Shown: one piece after another, positions 37,046 through 50,253 of the stretch
Layout: each line of letters starts with the position of its first letter
Numbering within the stretch: the first letter of the stretch is position 1
Assembly: GCA_013239625.1 (NCBI GenBank)
Contig: MU053629.1
Location: 406,676-470,675 of the forward strand
Reading direction: 5' to 3'
DNA length: 64,000 nucleotides
Origin: Lama guanicoe
Taxonomy: Eukaryota
Notes under the pieces: model-generated
What the model saw: the letters and a program-made list of their open reading frames with translations, nothing else
The model's database searches: none
What the model was told of the DNA's origin: nothing
Translations under genes and position numbers: made by a program

Positions 37046-38889
37046 TCCCGCCCTCCCTTGGTAGGTTTTATTTTTATAAGCATAGGATAGATTGGAGCAT
37101 GTTATTGTCAGGCATGAGTCTGTTCTAAGCTCGCCTTACAAAAGGTCTCCGGAATCTACTCATCGAGGCCCCTTTTACTCTTTCACATAATACGCTGGTC
37201 CATCACAAGTTGGGCTAAGTCTACTGTAGGGAAATAGCACTGAACCCCCTAGTCTGTAAGAAAGGAGGATACCGGTGAGGAAGGTTGTTTTCAGACCTGC
37301 CAAAATTAGGGATGCAGCCCCTATCTGTCAGGGCAATACCAGGATTCCTTTATTCCCAGGAAGACAAATGGTAGGAGGCCAGAGGGCAGCACAAAGGCCA
37401 GTGGCTATCACATGCACTTTTATCCTCAGTGCTTTTAGCTTCTTCAGTTATCCCAAGGGTCCTGAGACCCCTGAGGCCCCTGAGCGGATGTGTTCCCTTG
37501 GAATTGGGGTGCACACAGCCAAGGGGGCACCCTGGCCCTGCAGCCTTCACTCGGGGCTGACTGTCCCCAAGGCGAAGGTCCTGGGCTCTTGGCAAAATTT
37601 AATTACAGCCTCTGCCTATGGCTGGACCTCAGCTGGCAGGGTCTTGGGGGTTTTAAACAAAAGCATGAGCCTCTCCAGAAGTAGATTAGGGAGATGTCCA
37701 TTCAAGCAGGGGATTTGTGCATGTTAATTCTCAGAGCAGATATCTGACAGCAAAAGGACCATGTGACCTTATTTAGAAAAAAGGCTGCACTTTGTTAACC
37801 TTTATTCCCTCAAGAAAGAAAAATCATTACATGGCAGAGGCTCAGGCCCCATGGGAGGTTTTCTGGATGATTCTCCACTTTGAGAGTCATGCTTCCACAG
37901 ATAGGATAAAATTATCAGAAATTTCTGACTGTCCCCACTGCATATTCTTTTTTTGTTGGGAAAAAGAAATCCATATTTCTTGCATATCCTAGGCTTTTGT
38001 CCCTTCCTTCCCAGTCCTAGCAGATAGGGGAAAAAATTTTTTTTAAAGGAAGAGGAAAAAAGGCATTGATTTGAAAAAACATTGCCCTGTCTCCTACTTG
38101 CTCCCCACTGCCCCACCCTCAACATGCTTATTCAATATCGGTAAGTGGTGAAAAGATTCTAAGCGGATTCACTCAAAGACAGATGCGGGCCCCTGACAGG
38201 CAGCTAGGCTCCTCCTTTGAGCCTTCCTGAAACGCTGCCCACCCCCTCACGCCTGCCCTGGTCACCCCACCCCCAGCTGAGTCCTCCCTCCTCCCTGTTC
38301 CCGTAAGACTGTTCACATCTATTTCCAAGAAAGCAGCATGGAATAAAGGAGAGCGCACGACGTGGAATTGGAAGACTTCAGTCCAAAAGCAGGCTTCACC
38401 ACCTCCTAGCTGCAACTCGGAGCTTCTGAGCCTGTAGCTCCTTCACTGCACTTGCAATTATACTGTGTGTTGCCGGCTTGTCTCCCAGCTAGAAAAGGGA
38501 AGTCCTGGAGGACAGGATGTTGCTCATCCTGTTATTTCCAGTCATTTATCTAGTTACTCATTTCTTTATACAATTACCCTCTTAGGACCCAAGAATAGAG
38601 AGATGAACATGATGCCATGTGGCACGTGGTTGGAATTACAAGCTGCTGCTTCCCCTTTTCTTTTCTTTCTTTTTTTTTTTTTTTCCTTGAGTGATGTGAT
38701 GCACATATAGTTGAGGAAGCTTTGGCCCTTTCCCCCCAGAGCATTCACTAGAGAGGAGCAGGACCTGGCCCTGCTTGTTTACCCTGACTGCAAAACTTCT
38801 TCCCTTTTTTTAGGTTGAATGAAAGAATCTTTAAATTCTATAGTCTTTACGATTTTCCCAAGCTTCACACACATGATTTTATATAATCC

Positions 38890-39235
38890 CAATATAACCC
38901 TTTTCCCCTCTACTTCTGTGTTGCCTTCCCCCCAAACACTTGTTTGTTCTCTTTACCTGTGAATCTGCTTCTTTTTTTTATTCTTTTTTTATTTTTTAGT
39001 TTGTTGTATTTTTTAGATTTCACATATAAGTGACAGCTTACAGTATTTGTCTTTCTCTGTCTGACTTATTTCACATAGCATACTGCCCTCCAAGTCCATC
39101 CATATTGCTGCAGATGGCAAAATTTCATTCTTTTTAAAGGCTGAGTAGTATTCCATTGTGTGTGTGGAATCATCTTTATTCAGTCATCTGTTGATGGACA
39201 CTTAGGGTTGCTTCCATACCTTGGCAGTTGTAAAT
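38890..39235 (-). mobile_element. L1 3' UTR fragment (intermediate age)
   Basis: TTAGATTTCACATATAAGTGA...TTTGTCTTTCTCTGTCTGACTTATTTCAC...GCTGAGTAGTATTCCATTG...GATGGACACTTAGG. Confidence 0.88.
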
Positions 39236-40247
39236 TGAAGCCAGTCTTGGAAATACCATCCCCATGGGAGGCTTTCCTAAGTTTAGGGGTAAAGTGAGAC
39301 CTTCCAGTTGAAAAATTTCCTGCCCTCTGCCAAGGTAAGCAAGGGTGAGAAGGGGATCAGGGCTTACAGCTTTTAATGAGATTGGTAGAAATTGGGATCA
39401 AGAGGCTGAATACACGGAACAGAATTTGAGGTGCCTCGGTAAACAGACAGTGGCCACGGAGAAATAGGAAATGCTGGTGTTTCAAACACCAGCTCTGTCA
39501 CCTGTTCCACCTGGAGAGGGTAAACTATTATTACTCTTCCTTTTTTCAGAAGCAATTTTGTGTTTGAAAACCCCGAAGGACCACATTCCACTTGATCCCT
39601 TTTATTAACAAAAATTGTACTTTGCAGTGAGGGCGGGGGTGGCTGGGGAGCCTTTTCAAGATTGGAGCCTGGAGGCATCGGGATGGTTAATTACATGTTT
39701 GCCTTTTGGCTTCTTTCCAGCCTTTCATCATGGATGACCCCTTATCTATAATTTTTAGGCCGAAAAAAGTCCTTTTCCTCTTTTGTGTGTTTTATGAGGC
39801 TAAACAGATGATGATAATGATCTAAGCACTAGCTTTGGAAAGGCAATTACAGTGGATGAAAAGGGTCAAGATAGATTCCACCATAGATGTCAGCCCGCGG
39901 AGGCTGTGATTCCAGGCATCGCCGGGGTTGAGCTGACCAGTCTGGCCAGCTGAGCTGGGAGCCCTCTAACTGGCTCACTCTCCCCATGGAGGTCTTCCGC
40001 AGCTGCTGGCGTTATCTGTGTACGGAGAGAAGTGACCCATTTCCTGGGGTGAGGTATACAAGGAGGCTAATTTCTCAAAAAATCACAAGTCTGGCTGCAC
40101 ATGAGAACCTCCTATACAGCTTAGAAAGAAATTACAGGGAACCCCATCTCCTAAGATGCCATCTCGCTGGAGTTCAGGTGAGCATTGGAGTTAGTGTTGT
40201 GGCTAGGATGGTGGATCAGGGCTGAGTCCACTGGCCCTCCTCACTCT

Positions 40248-40407
40248 CACTGCCCAGAGCGGGCCGTGGGCCCAGCAGCACCTGCATCACCTGGGAGCTT
40301 ATTAGAAATGCGAACTCCCAGGCTCCGCCCCGGCTTCCAGCATCAGAACCTGCTGTTTAACAAGGTCCCAGGTGGTTTGTGTGCATGTCAAGGTTTGAGA
40401 AGCCTCG
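40248..40407. mobile_element. MER5A/B-like DNA transposon
   Basis: CCAGCAGCACCTGCATCACCTGGGAGCTTATTAGAAATGC...TCAGAACCTGC..TTTAACAAGGTCCCAGGTG...GTTTGAGAAGC. Confidence 0.82.
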
Positions 40408-40479
40408 TCCCATATGGTTATATGAGATGATCAGTGCTTGATTGTTCCTGGCAATGGAATATTGATTCTGTACATTTAT

Positions 40480-40579
40480 TTACCTTTGTTTTTCTTTAAT
40501 TAATGGAGGTACTGAGGATTGAACCCAGGAACTTGTGCATGATAAGCACACACTCTACCACTGAGCTATATCCTCCCCC
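40480..40579 (-). mobile_element. Camelid tRNA-Ala-derived SINE, short form
   Basis: Reverse complement GGGGGAGGATATAGCTCAGTGGTAGAG...GGGTTCAATCCTCAGTACCTCCA plus A-rich tail; perfect 17-bp TSD TGATTCTGTACATTTAT (40463-40479 / 40580-40596). Confidence 0.95.
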
Positions 40580-40889
40580 TGATTCTGTACATTTATGTAT
40601 TTAGTTTACCAGTACTCTCCCTCCTAAGGATTGGCTTACGATCTGCATAAATCTAATTTTTAAAATGATAATATGCGAATCATCTCTTTTATGGATTGTA
40701 ACTAACTTTTAGTTGCTTTGACTTTTATTGTTCACACACGCATACTAATATTTCATTTAAATACACTTAATCTGTAAGATGAACTGAGTTCTATAGCCAA
40801 ATAAGGAGGAGGATTCTTTGGGCTCTGCTTGTGTGATTCCTGCCTTTGTTCCCTGTGCCGTGAAGCAGCCTCTGGCTATGTCTCCCTCC

Positions 40890-41105
40890 CCCTAGGTGGA
40901 GGTGATTTGCTCCTCCTTGGGGCTATAGTTTTCCCCTAGTGTCTATTACTGCACTTGCCTCAGTGTGTTGGAATTTTTGTTAGCATTCCTGATACCCATG
41001 GATGAGGCCCTAGTTTTATTCATAACTGCATTGCCCGCATCTGGGGCATACCTGATGCGTTGTATAGGGATTCAGTGAAAGTTCACTGGGGAAATGAGTG
41101 AATGA
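40890..41105 (+). mobile_element. L2 3' end (degraded)
   Basis: ...TTTTATTCAT...GCATACCTGATGC...AATGAGTGAATGA resembles the L2 terminus. Confidence 0.45.
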
Positions 41106-44100
41106 GGGACATCGAGGATGAAGGGTTCCTGGTATACCTCTGAGTGTGGATGATTCCGGTGTACTTGTGTTTCTCCATTACTCCCTCCCCAAAATATCTG
41201 GGGATGGAGAGTGAGGGTCACTTCATTTTCTGTTGGAGATCTTGGTACTTGATTGAAGAAGATTAAATCAATGGAGGTCAAACAAAATTAGGCTAAATGG
41301 ACAGATCTTTAATTAGGTGGTTAGAATGGCCATTTACAACATCTCTCGGTGACTTGTAAGCATGGTGATTTTCTCAGCTCCTTCTGGAACATGCCCTCCT
41401 GTAAATTCATGGCTGCTGCTTCCTTAGATGGGGAGAAGTCTGTTTCCAGGTCCAGCGGTATCTTTGGGTTGATGACCTTTGAAAATGGCTCTATAGAGCT
41501 CTGGCCTTAAATTGCAGCCACCGAGAGCTCTGCTAGCCACGGGTCTCTGAGGAATAGCAAGAGCCTCATTATGATATGAATTTTTTCCCCTGAGGATGGT
41601 TTTTATGCCGAGAGACTCCACATTCAGCTTAATATAACCTTAAGTGCCTCATAATTGAGAAGATACATTTATTGTTGAAAATTGTAAAAAAGGAATGCAT
41701 CCTGGTGTCCGTGTCAGTGCTTCTTTTGGTGACGGGATTGTGGGTTCTTCTCTGAATTCCACAGCATCTGGTCCCCTCTCTGCTGATGTCGCAGCCCTGG
41801 TGGACTTTTACTTGCTTTTTGAAAACTAAGGACATCTTGAGCTTTCTATCTTAGTTGAAAAATTTAAAGTCTAGAATTTTATACCTGTTAAGAACAAAAA
41901 TCTAATTCTTACTTATATTTTTTAAAGTAAAATGCTCTGGTTTGTCTCTCTGACCGAGCTTGATTTTCTTAATCTCTCTTTTTGTAGGTTTACGATTTGG
42001 TTTGCAGTTTTTCAGCACAGTGGAGCAGCCCCTAATCACCTGCCCCCAGCCCTGAGATGATCTTAAGATTGTGTCTTTGAGGTCATTTACCTTCAGTAAC
42101 TGTTTGAAATTTCTTACAAGCTCGTGCACAAACACGGCATGGTTGAGGGGACTGGAGGCATCTTTGGCTTTCCAAGGAGCTGGGATAGCGAGAAGCAGTG
42201 ATACTGAGTAAAATGACAGTGAGGAGTTAAGTACTGCACGTGAAACCAGGAAGCTGTCTCAAACAAACCCTCCTCTTTTCTCCAGCTCCCTCGTTGTGGG
42301 GTGGCATTTCACACTGCGGGGACTTTTCAGGTAACAGGTTCTTACACTTCAAAGCTCTTGAACTGAATTCGTTTAAAACACTCTGGAAGTCTGTCTAAAT
42401 ATTTCTTGTATTTCTTTGTTTCAAAGAGTGTGCTAGAACAATGTTTTTCCTGATCATTCAAAATCATTGTTGCTTTACAGCTGCTTTTGTACACGGGCGA
42501 GTGATTTGAGTAGAACTGTTTGAATCCTGCAAAAGCATGTCCCCAAACCTCTTGTGAGGTTTGAGTGTTGAGTCTTTGAGTCTGTTAAGCTCCCTCATGC
42601 TCAGTGGTCAGTTCCCCCACTGTCCTTTCTCACCTTCTTGGTGGCTACTTACCCTGGTAGAAGGGCCACTTGGCAAGTTTGTTGGAATTAATCATATGCA
42701 ATGGTCAATAATTTTGAGTTCAAGCAAGAGGGACTTGCTTTCATCAGACAGTTGTGTTGGGCTGTTGGACAATCTTTTCATTTGCTAGACGAAAAAAATT
42801 TTTAATGTGTTTCTGTGTTGGTGGCTCTGTCTTAGATAGCCTGGGTGGCCGTGAGTCTGACCTGTGTCTAAATAGCCCTCACAGGAATTCAGGGTATATC
42901 CTGGTGTCAAATGATCCCCAACACCTGGTGTGATGTTTTCCATAAAACTTACTTTCTAGGAGGATTTTTTTTCTCCTCTAAAGTTTAGTCCTTTTTATGG
43001 ATAAATATTCATTACTGATCCATTACGTTTTAGGAAGGGTAGGGGGAGTATGTGAAGGGCATCGAAAATTGTTAGATTTGGCAAAAATGTTCAAGGAATT
43101 AATAGACTCTGGGGAGAGCTGTGTAAAGGTTACTATCAACAGAGTAGAGGTCTATTGATGGAATATAATGGAGTCTTAAGTCACTGATGATTAAATGGCC
43201 AGTGAAAGACAGAGGGTTGGACTTTTGTTCCTAGGACCTGTTAAGACAGAATTAGACATGCCATGCTGACTTTATGGAAAATTCTAGGAATAACTTAATG
43301 AGGTTTTTTTTTTTCTGGGCCTACATTTATGTTTGCAGTCTGATCGTTCTTCTCCCAGAGACATTGTTTTTACTTCTTACAAAATACTGAATAGAGAAAT
43401 GGCCTGGATATGACTTGAAACCAGGCTTCCTGTAAGCAGACATAGTTTGAAATTGAGAAAAAAGTGGTATGAAAGTGCAGGTGATCAAGTGTAGTTTGCT
43501 GAAATTGGCCATTCCTTCAACATTCTTTTCTCAAATTCTTTCAAAACTACAATTCAGGTGGGAGTAACAGGGATGAATGTCCAAATGGATGGTAGCCGTT
43601 GGTGGCTTTTTATGTCTAAAATGAGTGCAACAGGGCTTTCCCGGCCAACATGGCTCCACAGACCACATTGGGGAACCAAATATTTATTGTCTCACCTGTG
43701 CTCAGGATATAGGGAGGCACATTGTGGCTGGCTTCCATACCACAAAACAAAAGGACACCTTTGGTGTGGATTAAACTGGGATCCAGTGGGGTAGGGGCAG
43801 TCCTACTTGCCTTTGGACTTGAGGTGCTGAATCACGGCTGGGCTCATAGCAGCCCAAACCTAAAACGAGGCAAGGAGAAGATTATGTTAAATAAAACATT
43901 CTTAGAAATGGCTGAGAAAGACCTGGAATTTCTGCTGTGGCCAGTGAAAGCTCTATCAGGACTCACTTGGAATTGGGCACAATGTAAAATTCCTTCTTTG
44001 AGGGAGCACTGTTGGGAAAGGAATTTTTGCCTCAATTGAGTAACTTTGCTCTGCTATTTAATATGCATACCCTTCTTGAGCAGTTAAAGATGCAGAAGAA

Positions 44101-47100
44101 AGATAGCATTGTTTCAAGACGGTTCTCACAGGCTGTTCTTGGCCATCTTTCCTGAGCGTGCAGGCCCTGCCATGGTCCATATGTCAGCACGATTTTGATG
44201 TTCAGAATTTGGTAACCTGAGGGGGCTTGCAGTCTTGCCAGAGCACTTCTGTTCCTCACTGATAGTGCCACTGAAAAGGGCATTTTGTGTGCATTGGGGA
44301 GCTTAGAAATATTCTGTGTAAAGGTGCAGTGTGCTGTGGGCATGGTAGAGACCATCCCAGTGAGTGCAGACCAATGACCTTTTTCAAAAGGCTGAGAGAG
44401 ACTGGGAGAGGTAAGCCTTCCCTCCATGCATTGTTTAAGAAAAGGTGGAGATTTGTCACTGCTCCTTGCTTCCATTTGGCCGAAGGATGTGGGTTGGGCC
44501 ATCTCTTGGCATCCTCAGGGCTATACAAAGTCCCTTTTGTTCCCCCTTCCTCCTGAGCCAGTCACATGTGTCTCTTGGCCTGTGTTTGTGAAACAAGCCT
44601 TTGGCTGAGGCCAAGGGGAAGGCTGGGGTGGACATCCATGACTGGCTGCTGAGAAATGCCGTCAGTTCCGGCCCTGCTAGGCCTGTACTGAAGGACCCAC
44701 CCTTGCATGAGGCTGCCTGGATACCACCCTTAGTTTTTTGATTGGCTCTTCCCACAATGAAGCTTCTACTTTGCACTGCCCTGAGAAGACCTTAATTCTT
44801 AGGTAGAGCTTTTCATGGTTTGCTCACCCTCTGAATTGTCAGGCCATGTGCTGGGGTGCAGGATATCTGAGTTGCAGAGGTGACTGCAAGCTGTCCTTGG
44901 GAAGGACAAGACCCAGTGAGAGGGACGCATCTGTCCACACAGGTGGGAGTGGACCTTGGAAGTGGTTGTCTTTTCTTTAATTGGCAGGATTTTAAAGTGG
45001 TAAATGATTTTATGCTTGATCTTTCTGTATTTGTAATTTTTAAAGATCTATTTTGAAGACCCTCATGAATCTTATAACCAATTTTGGAGAGGATGATTTC
45101 CAAGGTAAATAACCAACAAATGGGCCTCATGTTTGTGGAGGGTCAAGTACTGAGACACTAACTGAAAAGCAATTAACAGCACAGTAGGATCGGGGGATGC
45201 AGACAGCATGGCTTGTGCATGGCTTTGTGGTCTTGATTGCTCTGTTTGTCCTGGGTCTCTGATGGGCCCAGTGGGAGGCCTGGAGACAGGTGGCTCTGCC
45301 TTGAAGAATATGACGGTCTAATGCACGAATTGGAAGGCATCGGCCACAACTTTCCTCAGCCCAATGAAGCTTTGCAGGATTTGGGGTCTCTTCCCCTTGA
45401 CAAGGCTGCCTCCTTCCTTCTTAATTTCTTTGAAAGACAGACCCTGTTTTTCTTGGAAAAGACATGGTAGCTTGACTTTTCTAAATTTGACAAGTTTTCT
45501 TAAGTGCCTTTAAAACATGGAGTTGCCAAAAACCAATGCTTGAACTGCTGGCTTCCTCTTCAGAGGCCATAAATGAGTTTTTAGGCTTTGAAGTTTCTAA
45601 GGAGGAAGGCAGTCCCTGTGAAGTAATGGGCAAAGCAGTGGGGAGGGGTCAGCCAGGATGGCAAGCCTGTGCTGCCAGCCGATGGCTGACCTTGGACGAG
45701 GCATTCCAGGCTCTGGGCATCAGGTTTGTTGCCAGGATCGCTGGGCCTGTGATAGCTGGACTCTTCCGAAATGATGAATTTCAGAAAGGACTTCACTGCG
45801 CTCTGGACTCCACTGTTGGTTATCACAACTCTATTGATCCACAAAGATGGGTGTTGTGTCCTTTGTTGCTTGACTTCCGGCCCAGCTGGAAGACAGGGGA
45901 GAGGGACATGCTCTGTGGCTCCGGATCCTGGCTTGGAGATGGAATTTGGAAGCACGAACACACAGGCCAGCTGTTAGAACGGCCCCTTGCAGAACTGCGA
46001 GTCAACATGAAATAGAGAGGCCGGGTGATAAACCGTCTTGGACTTCGGCTTTCCTGTCACCCCTGCCTCCCTTCCTTACTCTTGGGTACTTGGTGACAAC
46101 TATGAAGCTAATGCTTCCATTTTAGGTACCATAAAGCCTAGAGAGGGGTTTGGAGGAAAACAATTTTGTAAAGCCTAGAAGGTTTTTACTTGACAGCTCT
46201 GTTTGCTGTGTTTTCAGATACCATGCTGTTGGCTGCACAGTCTTCCAAGGCCAGGTGCTTCATACCTCATGGTCTGGCCACTCTGATTGCCTGGGTTCAT
46301 GTGGCCAGTTTGGGGCTCCGCTGTGATGGAGTATTAAGCAAACTCCCTCGGTAGCCATTTTTAAAGTTTTATGTATTTAAATTTCAGAAGTAATATGTTT
46401 TCTGTGGATAATTTGTGATACGTAGAAAAATATAGAGAATAAAAATCACCCACTTGGAATGAACAAACAGGCTGCCCCTCCTTAGACTTGCCCCTAAATT
46501 TTGTGTCTGCAGCACTAAGATCTGAACTAGCCATTCTGGGCACCTGGGATCAGCAGGCACTTATCCATCTATCTTGGTGTGGTTTGTGCTCATTCTCCTT
46601 GGAGCTTGAATCCTCTCTACTTACTGCGCCTTTTAGCACTGACTTACCTACTTAACCCAAATGTGCTTTTATACATCGAGAGACTCCTTAAGTGATGAGT
46701 GGATTGACTCACTGCCACCAGCTTGTAAAGCTCCTTAGACAAGTGATTTTCTTTCTGTGAAGTGAAAAGATCACAGCACCTGCCCTCCTCCTTAGCTTTT
46801 CCCTCCTTGGAAATTCCCTGGCATCCTGGTGGCCATGTGGGTACCCTTGGCTGCACTCCGCGGAGCTCCCAAAGTGCGCCCTGCCCGTGTCCTCTCCTGG
46901 CTCTTTTCCAGCAGGGGCCTTTCTCTAGGAGGGCTTTGTCCTGCTCTGAATTTATTGTCATCTTTTGTCGGTTCCTTCTTCTCCTCCCCTGTCCGGTGGG
47001 CTTGTCTGAGAACAAGGAAGACTCAGGAAGCCTCACTGCGCTTCTGAGACCAGGTGGCCATGCTTCAGCGAGTCTTGAACCACTTCCCCCGTTGCGCTCT

Positions 47101-47400
47101 CTCTTGACAAACCTCCGTTTCATGATTAGTTTTCAGCCAGCTGTATCTAAGCCGGGAGAATCCGAACTGGGGAAGAGCATACCTGGGTTTTGGTTCCACA
47201 TTGGTGTGTTTTTGGGTAATTGCATTTTTGAGCCTTTATTTATCCATCAGTGTAACGTACTGCATGTAAAGCTCCTGAGGGAACTGGGTAAAGTTGTAAG
47301 TTTGCAGAGATTTTCCGTTCTCCAACTGTCGTTTCTTTCTGGACATACAAGATAATAGCTCTAGATTTTATGGCTTTGTTTAATTCTAGTGGGCCCTGAG

Positions 47401-48080
47401 GTAAATGGAGACAAGTACCCTGTTTCTTTTTTTTTCCTTTTTCTTTGGCTTTTTTTGGGGGGCTGGTAGGTTATTAGGTTTCTTTCTTTCTTTGTTAGTG
47501 GAGGACCTGGGGATTGAACCCAGGACCTCATGCATGCTAAGCACGCACTTTACCACTGAGCTATACCCACCTCCCCCAGGTACCCTGTTGATGGACTGGA
47601 AGACTTAACATTAAGGTATCCTCTCCTTAAAGTGACCTAAAGGTTCAATGCAATCTCAATCAAAGTCCCTGAAGGCTATTTAAAACAATTTTTTTATTAA
47701 GACATCAACAAACTGATAATAAAATTTGCATGGGAATGCAGAGGACTCAGAGTAGCCAAAACAGTTTGGGGGGAAAAACATAGTTGGAGGGCTTATGCTA
47801 TGGAATTTAAAGATGTGCTATAAAACGACATAAATAAAAGACAGTGTGGCATCCTGGAAGGGTATGCGTGTTAGATCCCTGGAGCAGGGTAGAGAGCCCA
47901 GAAATGGGCCCACAAATACATGGTCAACAGATTTTGACCAAAGGGGCAGACTCATTCACTGGATTGGCTCGTCAACAAGTGATGCTAGAACAGTTTGGTA
48001 CCCATACGGAAAAAGGGGGACCTTGATTCTGAGGTTACACCAGGTTAAAAAAAAATGAACTCGGGATAGGTCATAGACTA
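47401..48080 (+). mobile_element. Old L1 ORF2 (C-terminal part) remnant, frameshifted, interrupted by a SINE
   Basis: AAATGGAGA...GGAAGACTTAACATT...GTTCAATGCAATCTCAATCAAAGTCCC; the ORF-track peptide DPWSRVESPEMGPQIHGQQILTKGA resembles L1 ORF2p DQWNRIESPEI.P..Y.QLIFDKGA. Confidence 0.88.
47425..47576 (-). mobile_element. Camelid tRNA-Ala-derived SINE, long form
   Basis: tRNA head plus extra AAACCTAATAACC...CCCCCC-A-tail segment; 13-bp TSD CAAGTACCCTGTT (47412-47424) / CAGGTACCCTGTT (47577-47589). Confidence 0.95.
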
Positions 48081-49059
48081 AGGTAGTTTTGGTAGTTCTT
48101 CTAGGTAGACTGCAGTCGTTCATTCTATTGCCAGCAGTGGGTTACATCTTGTAGTCATGAGGGAGGAGCAGTGTGCTGAGTGCTGAGAGGGTAACAGGAA
48201 GAAGTTGTGATTTTTCTTAATGCTGCCCTCCTTTGGTTGGGTAATAACATAAGCAAAAAACAAAACCAAAAAGCCATGCTTCTTGGGGGTACCTCCAGGG
48301 GATAGATTTTGGTTCTCCTCCCTGTCCCCCTTTTCCTCTTGCTTTGCAAGTGAATCTCACTTTAGCTTATGCACAGTGCTCAGGAAAAGTTGTCTTAAAT
48401 CTGGTTTATGTTCATTTAAACAAACCTATTTTAAAACGGACTAAGAAATCCTGGCAATTAAACAATCCTGTGGCGTTAACGTTAGTGAGCAGGGACTCCT
48501 CCTGTTTAGCCAGTGTTCTTCCGGCAGTTCTGTTCTGGGGCTCCACCCACGGGAGCCCACCTGCCCTCTAATTGGAGTCTGGGGGTCGGGAGCCCAGCTG
48601 GCGGGTGAGTCCTCACCTAACTCTGTAATTTACCTGGTGGCCCCAGGCTGGAGCACTTCCTGGACTTCTCCCAACTGCAGGGTTGGCTGTCTTCTTCTAG
48701 GCACAAATACTAGCTGTTAGGTGAATACTGACTGCTAGGTGAAGGCACAAATACTGGCTATTTCACCTCGGTCTCTTCCACACGCCGGGGTAAAGACTGC
48801 TTTGTGACATCAGTGGAGAGCAAATTAAGGAACTCACGCCTGATGTGAGGAAGAGTAAAAGAAGTTCCCTGGACACCCAGTCTGTGATGTATGGTTGTGG
48901 AGCCTTGTGTGCCTCTGTGGAGGGGGGCAACCTGGCCCTTCGGGCAGCCTGAACTTGGTCCTTGCGTTAACCAAAGGTCACTGTATGCTTTGAAGCTAAT
49001 GATGTGATGATTAAGTTAGTGACAGGTTTAAGGTCATTCTTTCCTCTGTTTTTTTCCTT

Positions 49060-49165
49060 TTTATCAAACAAATATTTAGGTAGTATTTACTTTTTGTCAG
49101 ACGTTGTTCTAGATGGAGGAGAACCATCCTGAACAAGACCCATAAAGGAGCTGACACTCCAGTTC
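49060..49165 (-). mobile_element. L2 3' end fragment
   Basis: TCAAACAAATATTT...TGTCAGACGTTGTTCTAG...TGAACAAGAC...AAGGAGCTGACACTCCAGT. Confidence 0.55.
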
Positions 49166-49449
49166 AGGAGTGCTTCCTGGTGCATTCTCCCTTGTCAGTT
49201 TCTTAAACGCTCAGCAAATCCAGCCAGCTGCAATACCCCTAAGAGGAAGGGACCTTTCTGTCCTCCGAAATCACTCGTGTGTGGTGCAGGTTATGAGAGC
49301 GTGGCAGTTGTAAGAGCACATCACGCCGTGGCAGTTTGTGGAAGAGCGTATATAGGCTACCCTCTGGAAAACTGGACCATGTCAGACCTTTGTTGGGTGT
49401 GGTAGGAGGAGAAAAATAAGGAGACTCTCCAGGGGTGCCTTCTCCGTAG

Positions 49450-49585
49450 GAAATGTTCAGCAAATATTTATCGAGCAAATTCATATCCACGTGGGACAAT
49501 CACACGGATCATACGACAGACATTCGACTGGAATCTAACTCTTCAGACGGACCCTTTGAATTCCGAGGGACGCTGTTGGATCTAG
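49450..49585 (+). other. Candidate 136-nt exon
   Basis: Acceptor CCTTCTCCGTAG, donor TAG|GTAAGG, 8 CpGs, open frame EMFSKYLSSKFISTWDNHTDHTTDIRLESNSSDGPFEFRGTLLDL. The start resembles an L2 terminus. Confidence 0.2.
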
Positions 49586-50253
49586 GTAAGGGAAGAGCCC
49601 TCCTGCCAGGAGAACCTTGAGTTTGTTTCTGGAGCTTTCTTAAAAGGAAAGCTCTCCCAAAGGTTTGGGGGAGTCTTAAATCGGCAGTGTGTTTGAAGCA
49701 AGCGACGTTGTCTTGTGACCTTCCCTTGGGGTCTTGCATACTTTGATATGGAAGAAGCAGGCATTGCTCTGTAGTTATAAATAACTACGCAACTGGAGAG
49801 TTTCACCAAGGGCCCCAAGTTGAAACAGCTGATTCCACTCGTATTGTAGAGCCAGGAACACATCTTTTTGAAATCATGTGTGAATAGAATGGCATTCAGA
49901 CAGGATATTAATCTTCCTAGAAATCATCCCAGAAAAGTAGAATGTCTCCTTTTAATCCCACACCCAACCCTCTCCACCCCCGCGTGTGTGTATGTGTGTC
50001 TGTGTGTGTGTTTTGGTTTGTTTTTTGGCTTTTGTATGTGTTTGTTATTTTATTTAACATGTGAAATGAATGAACTACAGATTTTTTTTTGTATTTATTG
50101 ATGACAAATAATTAAGTATCTTCACTTTTTAGCTTAAAAACACTTGCTGAGATGTGCTTAAGTAATTTAAGGGTCAGTAGGGACCTTAAAACTGTTTAAT
50201 CTCTCAAAGAACTGATTCATGAATTGTTCTAAAAGGAGAAAAAAATAAAGATG

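Noticed and set aside
40504..40579. tRNA-Ala gene (also the copies near 3520, 47500, 57005 and 60855)
   Set aside because: All have A-rich tails and target-site duplications, several have stem or anticodon-arm mutations, and some have a genomically encoded CCA; these are retroposed SINEs.
43070..43290. Possible ancient CR1/L3 reverse-transcriptase remnant
   Set aside because: Resemblance is limited to a few short words and cannot be supported without an HMM search.
46218..46254. Other AG/GT-bounded segments (e.g. after GTTTTCAG at 46217, and acceptors near 8654, 33068, 41987)
   Set aside because: Reasonable acceptors but weak or absent donors and no coding signal; such pseudo-sites are common in introns.
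46762..47355. 197-aa ORF and the other 100-165 aa ORFs in the track
   Set aside because: Mostly alternative start codons, overlapping on both strands, composition typical of translated non-coding DNA, no recognisable domains.
48699..48768. Degenerate short direct repeats (AGGCACAAATACT, TAGGTGAA) with a 7-bp inverted repeat
   Set aside because: Too short and irregular to indicate more than old slippage.
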